Shown here in pieces: positions 24,361 through 36,035 of a stretch of DNA of 64,000 bases; positions within the stretch are counted from its first letter, which is position 1, and each line of letters starts with the position of its first letter. Under the pieces are notes generated by a model that did not search any database, was not told where the DNA came from, and saw only the letters and a list, made by a program, of their open reading frames with translations. Location of the stretch: contig OZ210885.1 of assembly GCA_964658305.1 (NCBI GenBank), positions 25,606,001-25,670,000 of the forward strand, in the 5' to 3' direction. The position numbers and the translations under genes are program-made. Source of the stretch: Leptogorgia sarmentosa (taxonomy: Eukaryota).

Positions 24361-24823
24361 AGGTTTGTCTTACTGAAACTAAATTTACAGTCAAATGTCT
24401 GTTATATATGGTTACATTTTTGTATCTGCACAGCAGACATATTGCTATCGTACGGTGGCCCAGAAGGCTCAAACAAATACAAATATAAAACATCGCTAAT
24501 AAATGTTTGACAACACATGCAAGTACCTCACAACACAAATACAAATGTAACACAACGCAAATAAATATTTGACAACAAATGCAAGTACCTCACAACACAA
24601 ATACAAATGTAACACAACACAAATGAGAATATATTTAACGCTAATAAATATTTGACAACACATGCAACAAATACTCTGCACTTTGCAAAGAAAACAAAGA
24701 AAACCTACGCGAAAAGTCGCAACGCATGAAAATTGAAGATCACAACGCAACATGGTTTACTGCCACAATGGACATGGTTTACACAATGGAAGTAATGTGT
24801 CCCATTGTGCTTTCCCGATTTTA

Positions 24824-24891
24824 GGGGGTGTTTATATCGAGGCGAGCCAGCCCGAGTACCCGAGCTGGCTCGCCTCCATATAAACACCCCC
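24824..24891. mobile_element. 68-bp Harbinger-type mini-MITE
   Basis: GGGGGTGTTTATAT...ATATAAACACCCCC hairpin flanked by TTA on both sides. Confidence 0.75.
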
Positions 24892-25156
24892 TTAGTTGCA
24901 TAGCATATGGTCTACTCGAATGGCGACGATCAGGTAAAGTGAAAGCCTGGTATGCAAAATTTAAAATTGCAGGAATACGTTCACTGTAAATCTCGGAAAT
25001 TTCCCCTTCGCTTTCGCCCGCGCATCGATTTCAGTGGCTGTCTTCATACCAGATACCTTCTAGCGCAATTTCGAATTTATTCCTTCGAAGAGAGTTTCCA
25101 CGTACTAAGCTAGGGCTGCGTATTAATATTAATGATTGAAGTTATACTTAATCGAA

Positions 25157-28105
25157 ACGTTTTGTGGTAAATGTGGCGTGGAGATGCCAGAATACTCGAA
25201 ATTTTGCTGGAAATGTGGAACGTCAATAAAAGGCGAAGCAGAAGTAAACACGAATACTGCGAAATCGTTATCATTTGAGGCTTTCAGGAAGAGGAAAGAA
25301 AGCGAAAGAACAGGCAGATTTCAAACCAAAAAGTCCAAAGTTACAAATAATTCAACAACGAAGCAGACAGGAAAATTGAACCAAGAAGTGAGCATTAATG
25401 TCAGATTTAAGAAATTCGAAGACAATAAATTCAAAAAATGTAGAGGGCGGACGCTTCCTGTGAAAGTACCTATAGCAGCTGACAGAAAAACAATTTTAGA
25501 AAAAAGCGTGCTGAAACATGCAAACCACTTCAGGGACGTTCATAGCAATTTTGATTACATACCTCTTTACCCTGACAGTAGCGAGATTGTGCATTTACCA
25601 GGGACTAACGAAGACTTTGTTCTCAATAAATACAAGGAGGAGGTAGGAAGGAACTATAATAGAATAAATCTTTTTATCGCTACTGAAACTGACTATCAGC
25701 TCAACAGATTATCAGAACTTGGCGATCTGCTTGAAAAAGAGTGATCTGATAGTTATAGTCTTGATGAAAATGTGGAACCCCCAATTTCTTGTACAGAAAA
25801 ATGGAAACAAACAACTTTGGATGGTGTGATTAGACCAAATGCAAGGGCGACCACAAGTACCGGTAGCAATTCAAATTCCAGTTTTCCTATGGCTTCATCA
25901 TTTGGTGAGAACATCAGTACTTTAATGGATGAAAGAGAAGAACACAACATTCAATGCCCAACATGCTTTCAATACTTTTCTGTTCAAGTAATAGCAGAAC
26001 ACGCTGATGCGTGTGTTGATGTCTGGATTGGTGATGTAGATGACAGTGAAAATGACACCGACAGTGATCTCCCTAATCCTTTGCTAGATGCCCATACAGT
26101 TGATGTTTCTACTGAAATTACCACCACAACTTCGTTGAAAACCGTTGCTCAGAAATTAGCTGATGAACATATTAGTAAAAAAGATCAGAAAAGATTGAAT
26201 GTGCGAAGAAAGCATTTATGGGTCGATTTCAAGCAAGCTTGTGTGAGGTATAAGTTGGATCCAAGCACACCAATTCGAATTGTTTTCTTAGGAGAGCCCG
26301 CAATAGATGATGGTGGGCCAAAAAGAGAATTCTTCTCAGGTATTTATGTCATTTACTGAATGAAGATTTCAGTGTAAAGTACAATAGGGTGTCCACAAAT
26401 CTTGTATAATAATTTCAAAAAAGAGAGGCTGCATTCCAACCATAATTGATATTCATATTTCATGTTTTACCTAGAAATATTGGAGCATGTGGAGAGGAAA
26501 CTATTCTGCAATGGAAAGCCGATTAGTTCCATTATTGCACTTCAGAATGAAGATTTTAGGCTGGCAGGAGAAATAATGGTGATGTCCATTCTTCAAAATG
26601 GACCAGCTCCAATGCTCTTGAATCAAACTGTGTTTCATTTCATGACCAACCAGAATTTATCAATTGAAGACTTACCCGAATCAGCACACAAGACAGTTGC
26701 ACGTCAGGTCCGGATAATACGAAATTGAAACACACTGAATATTTGAATTAATATACTGTAGTATTCGCCGTATTTGTTCGAATAAGCGTTCGTCAAATTT
26801 TCTCGTCTAACATGTGGCGCTTAATCCAGGGCGGCGTTTAATTGAAAAGACATACACTTAAGTTATTCCCATTTTATATTTTTTGGCCGAGTGTACAATT
26901 TTTGCCTGAAACAAAACTACTGTATGCATGTACGCATTGTCCTTCCCTAGCATACTGTCTCCTCCAAAAGACAATGGCTGAAGTTTGTTGTCTTGCAATA
27001 ATAATGTAATTCATAGTAACACTTTTTCAAACAAACCACCAATATAATTTGATGGCAGTTTCTATTAGAACAAATACGGCAAGTCCAAAAGTTCTTACGA
27101 CAACATAAACTCTTGGGTAACATAATTTGTCCATTATATTAATAGATTATGGCAGCACAATCTGATGATGAACTCCATGCTGTTCTTGTTTTGGATGATG
27201 TTTTAACCATTTTGGAAGAAATCGGTTACACTGGTGTACCTCATCACGAGACTCTAAAATCAGCATCAGACATCATCCAGTGAGTAAACTGTTACACACT
27301 TTAAAATGAACTATGTATGAACTTTATTGGAGTGCTTATGAAACAGATCTTGTTATAAATTTGTTACAAATCACAATTACATTATTTTTATTGAAACTAT
27401 TACCTTTTTTATAAAAGGTCTATTTGTGTCAAAAGTCAAATTGGACCTTCGATGCCACAGGTGATGCAACTTCAACATGGGCTTGCCCGTTGCGGAGTTA
27501 TGGATGCAGTTAGAAAGTGTCTCAATCTTTGGGCATTGGGTTAGGGTTAGGTAAAATTCAGTCACCAGATGATTTTCTTGATGAATTGGAAGTGAAATAC
27601 AGCCAATCTCAGCTGTTAAAGGAAAAGGAGATCGATGTCTTCAAGTATTTTTGTGAATTTGTTCAATCTATTGGTTCGTCTGATGGTGCAGAAGGTTCAG
27701 GTACTCTGATTTATTTGTCAAATATTTTTGTATATTTCTACAAATGACTTGTAATATTTCAAAGTGACTTCTAATATCTGGAAATTCTTATGTACATTGT
27801 ACTATTGAATACGTATTATTTCACTGGTTTATTATTCGTTGGATAAATGTTTTTCCATTGTAGAGATAACTTTAACCCACTTACTGAAGTGGATGTCAGG
27901 TTGCAAGACCACACCAGTTCTTGGGTTCGCAAAAAGGAAGTCTTTGATGTTCGTTCATGGATGCAAAGAAGATTGCCGCTGCCGTCCTACAGCCTCAACT
28001 TGTGACTTGTCCCTTAAATTACCAGTCCATATCAGTGATGAGGAAGACATGAAATATATCATGCACTCTGCCCTGAAAGATTCGTGTGGCTTTGGTTTAT
28101 TGTAG
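25157..28105 (+). pseudogene. Multi-exon HECT E3 ubiquitin ligase (zinc ribbon, UBZ-like finger, HECT) carried by the transposon
   Basis: FCGKCG..FCWKCG; CPTCFQYFSVQVIAEHADAC; FLGEPAIDDGGPKREFF; C-lobe RPTASTC..LKLP ending GFGLL. GT-AG introns. In-frame TGA at 25742-25744; probable start codon mutated to ACG. Confidence 0.88.
26768..27079. mobile_element. MITE in a HECT-gene intron
   Basis: Imperfect TIRs CCGTATTTGTTCGAATA / TATTAGAACAAATACGG. Confidence 0.6.
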
Positions 28106-28516
28106 ACGTAGTTTGACTGTCTTGGGTTGTGCTGACCTGGACCGCACCTCATACTGAACCATGTGTTTATATTGTATTTGTTTTTTCTTCTTATTTGCTA
28201 CAAAACGACTGTATTGTTGAGTTGTCATTCTTAATATTACTGTATACCTCTGTTTAGAACGTCCCATGTAGAAGTCGTCGTTCGTTTATTACTTGTGTCA
28301 CCATATACGTGTAACCTAAGACCTATAAAATCAATTTCGGTAAAATGAAAAGCATTGTAATTTGTATTGATAAAGGATTAGCTTGACAAACTCATACACA
28401 TGATAATAATACACATGATTCTAGTTCGGTATCATGTAACCTTGACTAGTTAAGAAAAATTTTGTAGTGGCAAGTGCTTTAATAACTTTCGTTCAGTTTT
28501 GTATTCAAATCCTTAA

Positions 28517-29752
28517 TTAAGACGGGTGTCCGACCAGGATTAAATACTCAAAGAGATCACATGGTTCTGTGTGATTACTTGGATAATGTAGTCCTTCATT
28601 ATCCATAATGTAATGAAAGTATTCTTGGTAAATATTCATGTGATTGTCGTCATCGTTGTCAATTTGCGTGTGGACTTCCATGGCATCAGCTTGTTCCTCT
28701 GTCACATGGGTTTTACAGTCTACAGGACCAGATCGGTGTGGAAGGTAGAACAATACGTCCGGTACACCAGGAACTGTACCATATTTGGAACGTCTTATTC
28801 TGTGTGTATTCCAATGGGCTTTTACTTGATCCAGGTCTTCCTGTAAAAGTGAGTGAAAACAGAACCAAAGGCATTCAAGGTGAAACTCTGAACCAATATT
28901 AAGCACTTCTGTTGCAGAGATTTCTCTGAAAAAATCAATCCACCATGAGGATCTTCCTCTTCTAAAATAAGACCACCATGCTTCTATTCGCTGGTTACTG
29001 GGAGATGTTCACATATATGATCCGGCAAACTGATCATTGCCATGCTGACGGAAAAAAGCTTGGATTGCAGCCATTGTACCATTTTCTGTTCCACAATCAG
29101 TCCGAACAATCATAGGGCAACCAGAATGTTCCTTTACACATTCAAGATAATACTTTGCTGGTATTTCAGGCTTGTTGTTTGACCTTGTAAGCTCTAACCA
29201 CAGTATTTTTCGGCTATACCCGTTGATGGCTCCATGTATAGGAAAGCCGTATGGCTTGAGCTTATCGTAGCCTATATATAAATTTAAACAAATGATCGAT
29301 GCAAATAAAAACATATCATATGAACAATCAAATATAGCCAATTTACGAAACCAACTATCGGCGTGCCAGCAAAAATTGGGACCAAAACTAATATATTTTC
29401 GCCTTCTAAGTCGACTTCTTCGTTGCAATGTTCCTTCCGGGTCTAGTTCTTTTAGAATTCTTTCAACATCTTTCCCGGGAACATGAACGTTATGACACAG
29501 TCTCAGCGAATGCCAAACTGCTCTGTATCCACGAAGTTGACCAGGTCCAGGTATTTCATTTTGAATTAACTCCCGTAATTGATTTTCATCAATACTCTCA
29601 CCCCTTCTGCTCAATCCGTAATCTTGAAGTCTTCTTTTCAAAGTGCTGAGACTCATATGTATCCCATGCTGACAACTCAGTAAATCGACAATGAACTTGT
29701 TTTCGTAACCGCGCTGAAAATACTGTTTTATCAATTCTTCCTCGTCCGCCAT
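28517..29752 (-). pseudogene. IS3EU-like DDE transposase (one intron at about 29272-29356, premature stop at about 29009)
   Basis: HTH SLSTLKRRL, WHAD/GYDKLKPYGFPIHG, RTDCGTEN, NQRIEAWW, WNTHRIR. Confidence 0.9.
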
Positions 29753-30399
29753 TTTCAATTCACTGGCTGTGGTGTTAGTTACTTCCGTTGTGTAAACCAT
29801 TTCCGTTGTGGCAGGAATTTGTGCTTGCGTTGTGATCTTTAATTTTCATGCGTTGGGACTTTTCGCGTAGGTTTTCTTTGTTTTCTTTGCAAAGTGCAGA
29901 GTACTTGTCAAATATTTATTAGCGTTAAATGTATTCTCATTTGCGTTGTGTTACATTTGTATTTGTGTTGTGAGGTACTTGCACTTGTTGTCAAATATTT
30001 ATTTGCGTTGTGTTACATTTGTATTTGTGTTGTGAAGTACCTGCATGTGTTGTGAAATATTTATTTGCGTTGTGTTACATTTGTATTTGTGTTGTGAGGT
30101 ACTTGCATGTGTTGTCAAACATTTATTAACTATGTTTTATATTTGTATTTGTTTGAGCCTTCTGGGCCACCGTACTATCGAGTTGTTAGCTGTTAGCTGT
30201 TAGCTTGCAGCCAATCAGCGAATTCGTTAGTTAAATCTGATTCAATTTAGCCAATAGATGACAACGTAACATTGAGATGATGTAATTCTCACTGGCCCAC
30301 CCGCAAATTTAAGGGAACCAATGTGAAGGTGTGCAAAATACAAAATGGCAGCTGATATAGCTCGCTAAAGAGTGGTGATGTGTTTGATCGTGGATTTTG

Positions 30400-31560
30400 T
30401 TTCGCATGAATATCCAGATAAAAAGAAAATATAATGGTTTGTTTACTTTCAAATAAGTCATGAAGCACTGTCAAGGGCGCTGCGGCATTCAACACATGGC
30501 GTTGAACTTTGGAAAGCTCCTTATCCCAATTCTCTGCCGTTTTCTTATAGGAAGGAGAAATCTGATCTGCTAGGGATTTGTCTAGCTTTGGCATAAGAAA
30601 TACTTCCATGTCTGGGAGAGCTGCTCTTCAAGTATGGTAAAAATTTGAGACAAAGATAAGTTGTGTCGAAACTTATCTCTTTGAACCCCTCTGAGGGATT
30701 TCAACCCAGCGATTCTGCGGTGGGATTAAATAACTGAACCTTTTGGGGTTCGCTGTCATGAGACAAGGCTTTCCCGCTAGCCTCTGGCTATGGTATGGCC
30801 GCCTCGTCCACATTGTTTGTGTTATGCACAGGGTCGAGCGATTTGCTCGTTGTGGGGCTCCGTGGCCATAATTGCAGTCCAAAGGTATTGGACAAGAAAT
30901 GTCGAACCCCTGAACGGGTGAGACCATTATCGACAGTTGATCCTGATATTCGGAGTCGTCTTTGCCAGACAAATGATCAGGAACGAAGTCGTCATGCTCG
31001 AGTGTCACTTGCTCGTTCGAGCGCTCAGCTTGGTTGTTTTGCTTCTCTAACACGCCCAAGCGATTATCCAGGGTCTCCAAGGTGGAGGACATCTGTGTGA
31101 GCTTTTGTAAGAGCTCATTTAAGACCGGTGGATTAACAGTATCCACTACATGGTCACGTTTGTCGCTTGAGCGCAATTTCTTTGAGCGGTGATGTCACTT
31201 TGAACGATGAGTAGAATCCTCCGGACTCTGAGATCTAGACCTTTTCGATGAACTCATAGTAACCTAGTACACGGGGTAGAAAATATACACCAAACAAGAA
31301 GAAAAAACATCAACAAATTTACGCGTAAGGTAGCTAAAACTTACCTGCTGAAAAAATACTGTGTGACTCCGAACGCACCGATGAAAAAAGTCGAAGGTGT
31401 TTGCCAGGGGCTCCTGGTTAGAGGCATAATGCAGGTGCTAGTTCCCACACTTTTTTTGCGATGGCAGCCCCAGTGCTTTTTATGGGTGACTCCGACACCG
31501 GATGGACTACGTCATACCTTAAGTATTCCATACATTTTGACCGGAGAGTGTGAAGTATAA
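30400..31560 (-). pseudogene. Second DIRS-type gag-like remnant with 5' region
   Basis: PKLDKSLA...WDKELSKVQRHVLNAAAPL resembles DIRS ORF1. Confidence 0.55.
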
Positions 31561-31921
31561 TTGAAATTTCTCAGGTGGATTACAGCAGCTGGTCAAAGAA
31601 TATTGTGGTCGTGACATCCCATACATACACTGCCTAAATCACCGACTTGCCTTAGTTGTCAAAGATGTCGAAGATTCATTTTCTTGAAGCAGAAAAGCTA
31701 ACTTCTTTGCTCGACTACATTAAGACCATTCCACTTGTCCGTCAGAAAATCGAGGAGCTCTCTTTCCAACAGCAGGAGTTCAAATTAAATCAACTTTATT
31801 TCATCAGGGTAGTCACGTCAGTTCAGAAGAACTGGTATCAATGTGAGCCCTGAAAACTAACTAATTACAAAATTGTTTATAGTATAATAGAAATAGTAGT
31901 CATACAATATAGTATAATTAA

Positions 31922-33521
31922 TTAAGAATCTATGCTAGAAAGGTCATACTGTAGAATACTAAAGTACTCAATGACTTTCTTCCTAAAGTTTTTAAAGACG
32001 TTTTCTTCATGAATACGTGAGGGCAAGTTATTAACGACTTGTGGGCCTCTAACATAAAAGCCCTTACTACCAAATACTAGATTAACTTTAGGTATGTCAC
32101 ATTTGTACATGCAATTCCTCGTTATTCTGGTGGGATTTACCAGATGGATATAATCTCGTAAGAAAGATGGAACTCTATTACTTAAACATTTAAAGGCTAA
32201 AATGGCAGTATGCATTTTTCTGCGAGAAACTAGCGAAGGCCAGTGGATGTTCAAATCGTAAGACTGATACATGTTTATAATTGTCTCTGCTCTAGTTTGA
32301 AGTTTTTCTAGTTTATTTTGCTGTGTGTCGCTTAGAATGTCCCAAACAACGTCACAATAGTCCAAAACTGGCAGTACCATAGCTGTATAGACTTTAATAG
32401 CAGCATAACTTGTTAAAAACGGCCGACTTCTGGTAAGAGCACCTAACCGTTTTGCTACTTTCATTTTCAGGCGATTTATTTGTTCAATAAACGATAAACC
32501 TCGATCTAAGTAAACACCAAGATATTTATAAGACGTCACATTTTTGATAGGCTTTCCTTGCAGGACAATTCTTAAATCATCGTTCAGTGAAAGGCGTTTA
32601 AATGTTCCAAATAGAACAGATTCCGTTTTGTCATTATGCATGTGTAGCATATTATCTTTAAACCACAGATTTACTCTTTCCAAATCATCAGACAGCTCCT
32701 GTTGAATTTTGCATACTTCAGAACCCTCACGGAATATCACCGTATCGTCAGCGTACATTAGGATTTCAGAGTTTGATAGAACAGATGGAAGGTCATTGAT
32801 GTAAATTACAAACAGCAGTGGGCCCAATATGGACCCCTGTGGTACGCCAGCTGTAATTTCACCAGGAGACACGCTGGGTACGACCCGTCAAGTAATTCTC
32901 GAACCAATCAAGTTCTTTTTCTTCCAGACCAAATCTGTGTAACTTTCTCAGTAAATTCTCGTGGTTTACCGTATCGAATGCCTTTTTAATATCGATAAAA
33001 ATTGCACCGGTTAATAGCCCACTATCTGCATTTTTCCTAATTTTATCGGTGAAATAAGTAACGGTTGTTTCACAAGAGTAGTTTTTGCGAAAGCCGCATT
33101 GGAATGGCGAAAGTAGGTTATTGTTATCGATATATTCATAGAGCTGGGTATGTACTTCTCTCTCCAAAATCTTTGAAAGGACTGGAAGGATGGAAATAGG
33201 TCGATAATTTTCCGGATTATCATGCGCCCCGGACTTGTAAATAGGGATCACCTTCGCCACTTTCCATTCATCAGGAATACTTCCAAGAAATAATGATAGA
33301 TTTATAAGACCAGTTAGAGAAACAGATATCTCTGATGCAGCGTCTCTTAGTAATTTAACTGGGATATCGTTGATTCCACTGGATTTGGATATCTTAATCG
33401 ATTTAAGATGGCTTAATACGGACGAGGGAAGCACAGGTCTGAAATTGAATGCATTCATGGATCTTGCTTGATGAATAGTATTATTTAGATTAATAAAACT
33501 ATCATTTAATTTGTTGGTCAT
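31922..33521 (-). pseudogene. CR1/L2-type LINE reverse transcriptase, 5'-truncated, one frameshift
   Basis: NYRPISILP, DIKKAFDTV, GVPQGSILGP, YADD, KYLG. Confidence 0.92.
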
Positions 33522-34446
33522 TCGTTTAGCCAGATTACAAAAGAAATCACAGAAAGCATTAGCTGTTGTGTAGTTTTGAGTGATGTTTTCTGTAGTGTGT
33601 TAAAGGCATTCAGCGACAAGCAAGACCAGTTATTTGAGATGGCACTCCAGAAGAAGATGAAAGACAAAGCAATGGATAGAAAGGTGGAAGAAGTGAAGGA
33701 GGAAGACAAGATGACGCAATTCGTGTTAACGTTAGCGGGTGCTGAAATTTTAAAGCAAATTGATCTGGTTGCAATCACTGCCGGGTTGTGGAATGCGGCT
33801 TTTCCGCCCTCAACAGAATTGACACATGCTACAGAAGAAGAATGACGCCTTACCGTCAAGCAAGTTTAACTTTGCTGCATTTTGAGAATGCTCTAACACG
33901 ATCAATTTCTTTTGAACAGTTTTTAGTCAAATGGAACAAAAAACCTAGAAGACTGGTGGTAACACCATAGTTCATTAATTGATCAATTTGAATTATGTAT
34001 ACATTAAACCTACAGATTTAATCTTTTGTTGAAGTTGTACATGTATTTTGCACCAAACGATCAATTTTGTATTTAAGTAGTGTTTAGACTTTAGATGTGG
34101 GAACTATTATGTTTTTCAATCTCTTCGTTCTTGTAAAACCCTATTAATTTCTAAAGAAATTGTAAATCTTGATGCAAAAAATGTTTTTTGACCATGGGAA
34201 TTCCGTATGGCTCACGCCTTCATTGCTCGCTTCTCACACCTTCTGTGTTAGACTCTAGCGCTCGTAAATATATGTACGTAGAGTGCCCCCATTTGCTTTT
34301 TGCTGGCCCCTCCTGGTTGAAAATCGTGGCTACGTCCCTGCATTTCACTTACATGCAGAATCTCATTATTTGACTCTTTAATCTAAAAGTTCCTAAAAAG
34401 ATTAGTTAAAATTCATTGGAACCAAGTATAGAAGGAAAAGATTATC

Positions 34447-34869
34447 GGTGATTACCGATTATTTTATGCATAATTGGATATTTGCATTAATTACCAATGC
34501 AAATCTAATTCCCAAAGGTCCATAATTACGAAGAAATTGCGGAAAATCCAGTTTTCAGACATCGCACATTCGTCTCAGCGTGCACCAAATTCCTCAAAAC
34601 TTGAATAGCTTGTATATCATACTCCATATTTTCATGCGATTAAATCGAATTCTGTGAAGAAAACGTATTTTTTCCGCGCAAACCGTTTTTAATGGGCCTT
34701 TCAGTAACCACATTTCCCATTCTAACAAAGTTTGTGTTTAAAATAAAATTAGTGCTAGATAGACCAGAGGGTGTTACGCTACCCATGCTGACCGAACGTT
34801 TTTGGAAATTTTGAGCGCTCATTAGTTTAGAGAATGTTTTTCATCAATAAACTTTTTTATACACCCTAT
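34447..34869. mobile_element. MITE family A, half copy
   Basis: Matches one arm of 4372-5142. Confidence 0.85.
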
Positions 34870-35028
34870 ATAGCGCGCCTATATACACCTCAGGAATAAA
34901 CGAACGAATATGTATATACTTCATTTATCTACAATTATTTTTAACTTCAGTTATTTCCCAGTCCCGGGCATATCCTATCTAATAGCAGTATTTAACAGTA
35001 AACATTTAACAGTAAACTGGAAAGTTAC

Positions 35029-35380
35029 GTGGGTGATTCCAAGCTATTTCTTTCATTTTGTATTGGAAAACTTCAAGATGTAGTCACCACAGTAAACAAT
35101 GACATTTCCATGTTCGTTGCTTACTTATGTAACAATTGTCTGCTTGCTAATCCGGACAAAACGAAGATCATGTTCTTTGGAACGCCACAGGTGTTAAAGC
35201 AAATTCCCGTAGATACTTTGTTTACGTTTCTCTGGAAAACTATCCAGCCAGTACAAAACGCTAAAGATCTTGGATTAATTCTGGATTCAAACCTATCTTT
35301 TGATCAACATATTAAGCAATCGGTATCATCCTGTATGAAGAAACTACATCAAGTCAATAGAATAAAGGACTTGTTCAAAA
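35029..35380 (+). pseudogene. LINE RT C-terminal fragment
   Basis: NPDKTKIMFFG...AKDLGLILDSNLSFDQHI. Confidence 0.75.
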
Positions 35381-36035
35381 AGTCAACTAATAAAATTAAT
35401 ATCAGGCAATTTAGTACGAATTTCTCTCCCAAACATTAATTTTGCTGGACTCTGAACACTACCAATGTGCGGACTTGCACGATAGGTCATTAGTATGGCA
35501 TCTAATGAATCTTCCCATCGTTTACCTTCTGCCACTGCTGATCTGAGATTCTTCTTAAGATATCTATGGAATCGCTCTATGGACTTGACCTTATCTGCTT
35601 GATTCCACAAGAACTTAAAAACACTTGAAACTCCCTACTTATTTAACCGTTTTCCATTATCAGACACTATTTTTTCTGGGTAGCCAAATTTTGGTCAAAT
35701 TATTGACCAAATTTTGGTCGTAATAACTGCTTAATATTTACAATACCTAAATGAGTTTCATGAGCCAACTTCAATATGCTTTGTTGCAGTTTGGAAGGAA
35801 TAACTATACGATCTACTCTAAGAAGAATTCCTTCAAAACAAGATAATTCTTGTCGCATACTATACAGTTTCATGCTTAATATACTCAGACCACTTTCCGC
35901 TTTTGACTCATTCTGTCAACTTAGATAGAAATTCATCACTAGCTGTGTCACGCCATATATCTTCCAATGTGACTGCTTTAATATCAGATATGTCTTGATG
36001 CATGATAAACCTAATGTGTTCGTCACAAATATGTG

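Larger units (their letters stand above)
24451..30174. mobile_element. Complete IS3EU-like DNA transposon (5.7 kb) with two convergent genes
   Basis: ~300-bp TIRs TACGGTGGCCCAGAAGGCTC.../...GAGCCTTCTGGGCCACCGTA containing ~60-bp tandem units; 6-bp TSD CTATCG (24445-24450, 30175-30180). Confidence 0.92.

Noticed and set aside
24490..24670. Regularly spaced repeats (also 29900-30125) that might suggest a CRISPR array
   Set aside because: Tandem units with no unique spacers, mirrored at both ends as part of the TIRs; eukaryotic context and no cas genes.
33576..33970. Short coiled-coil-like ORF, possibly a transposon accessory gene remnant
   Set aside because: No diagnostic motif; cannot be assigned.
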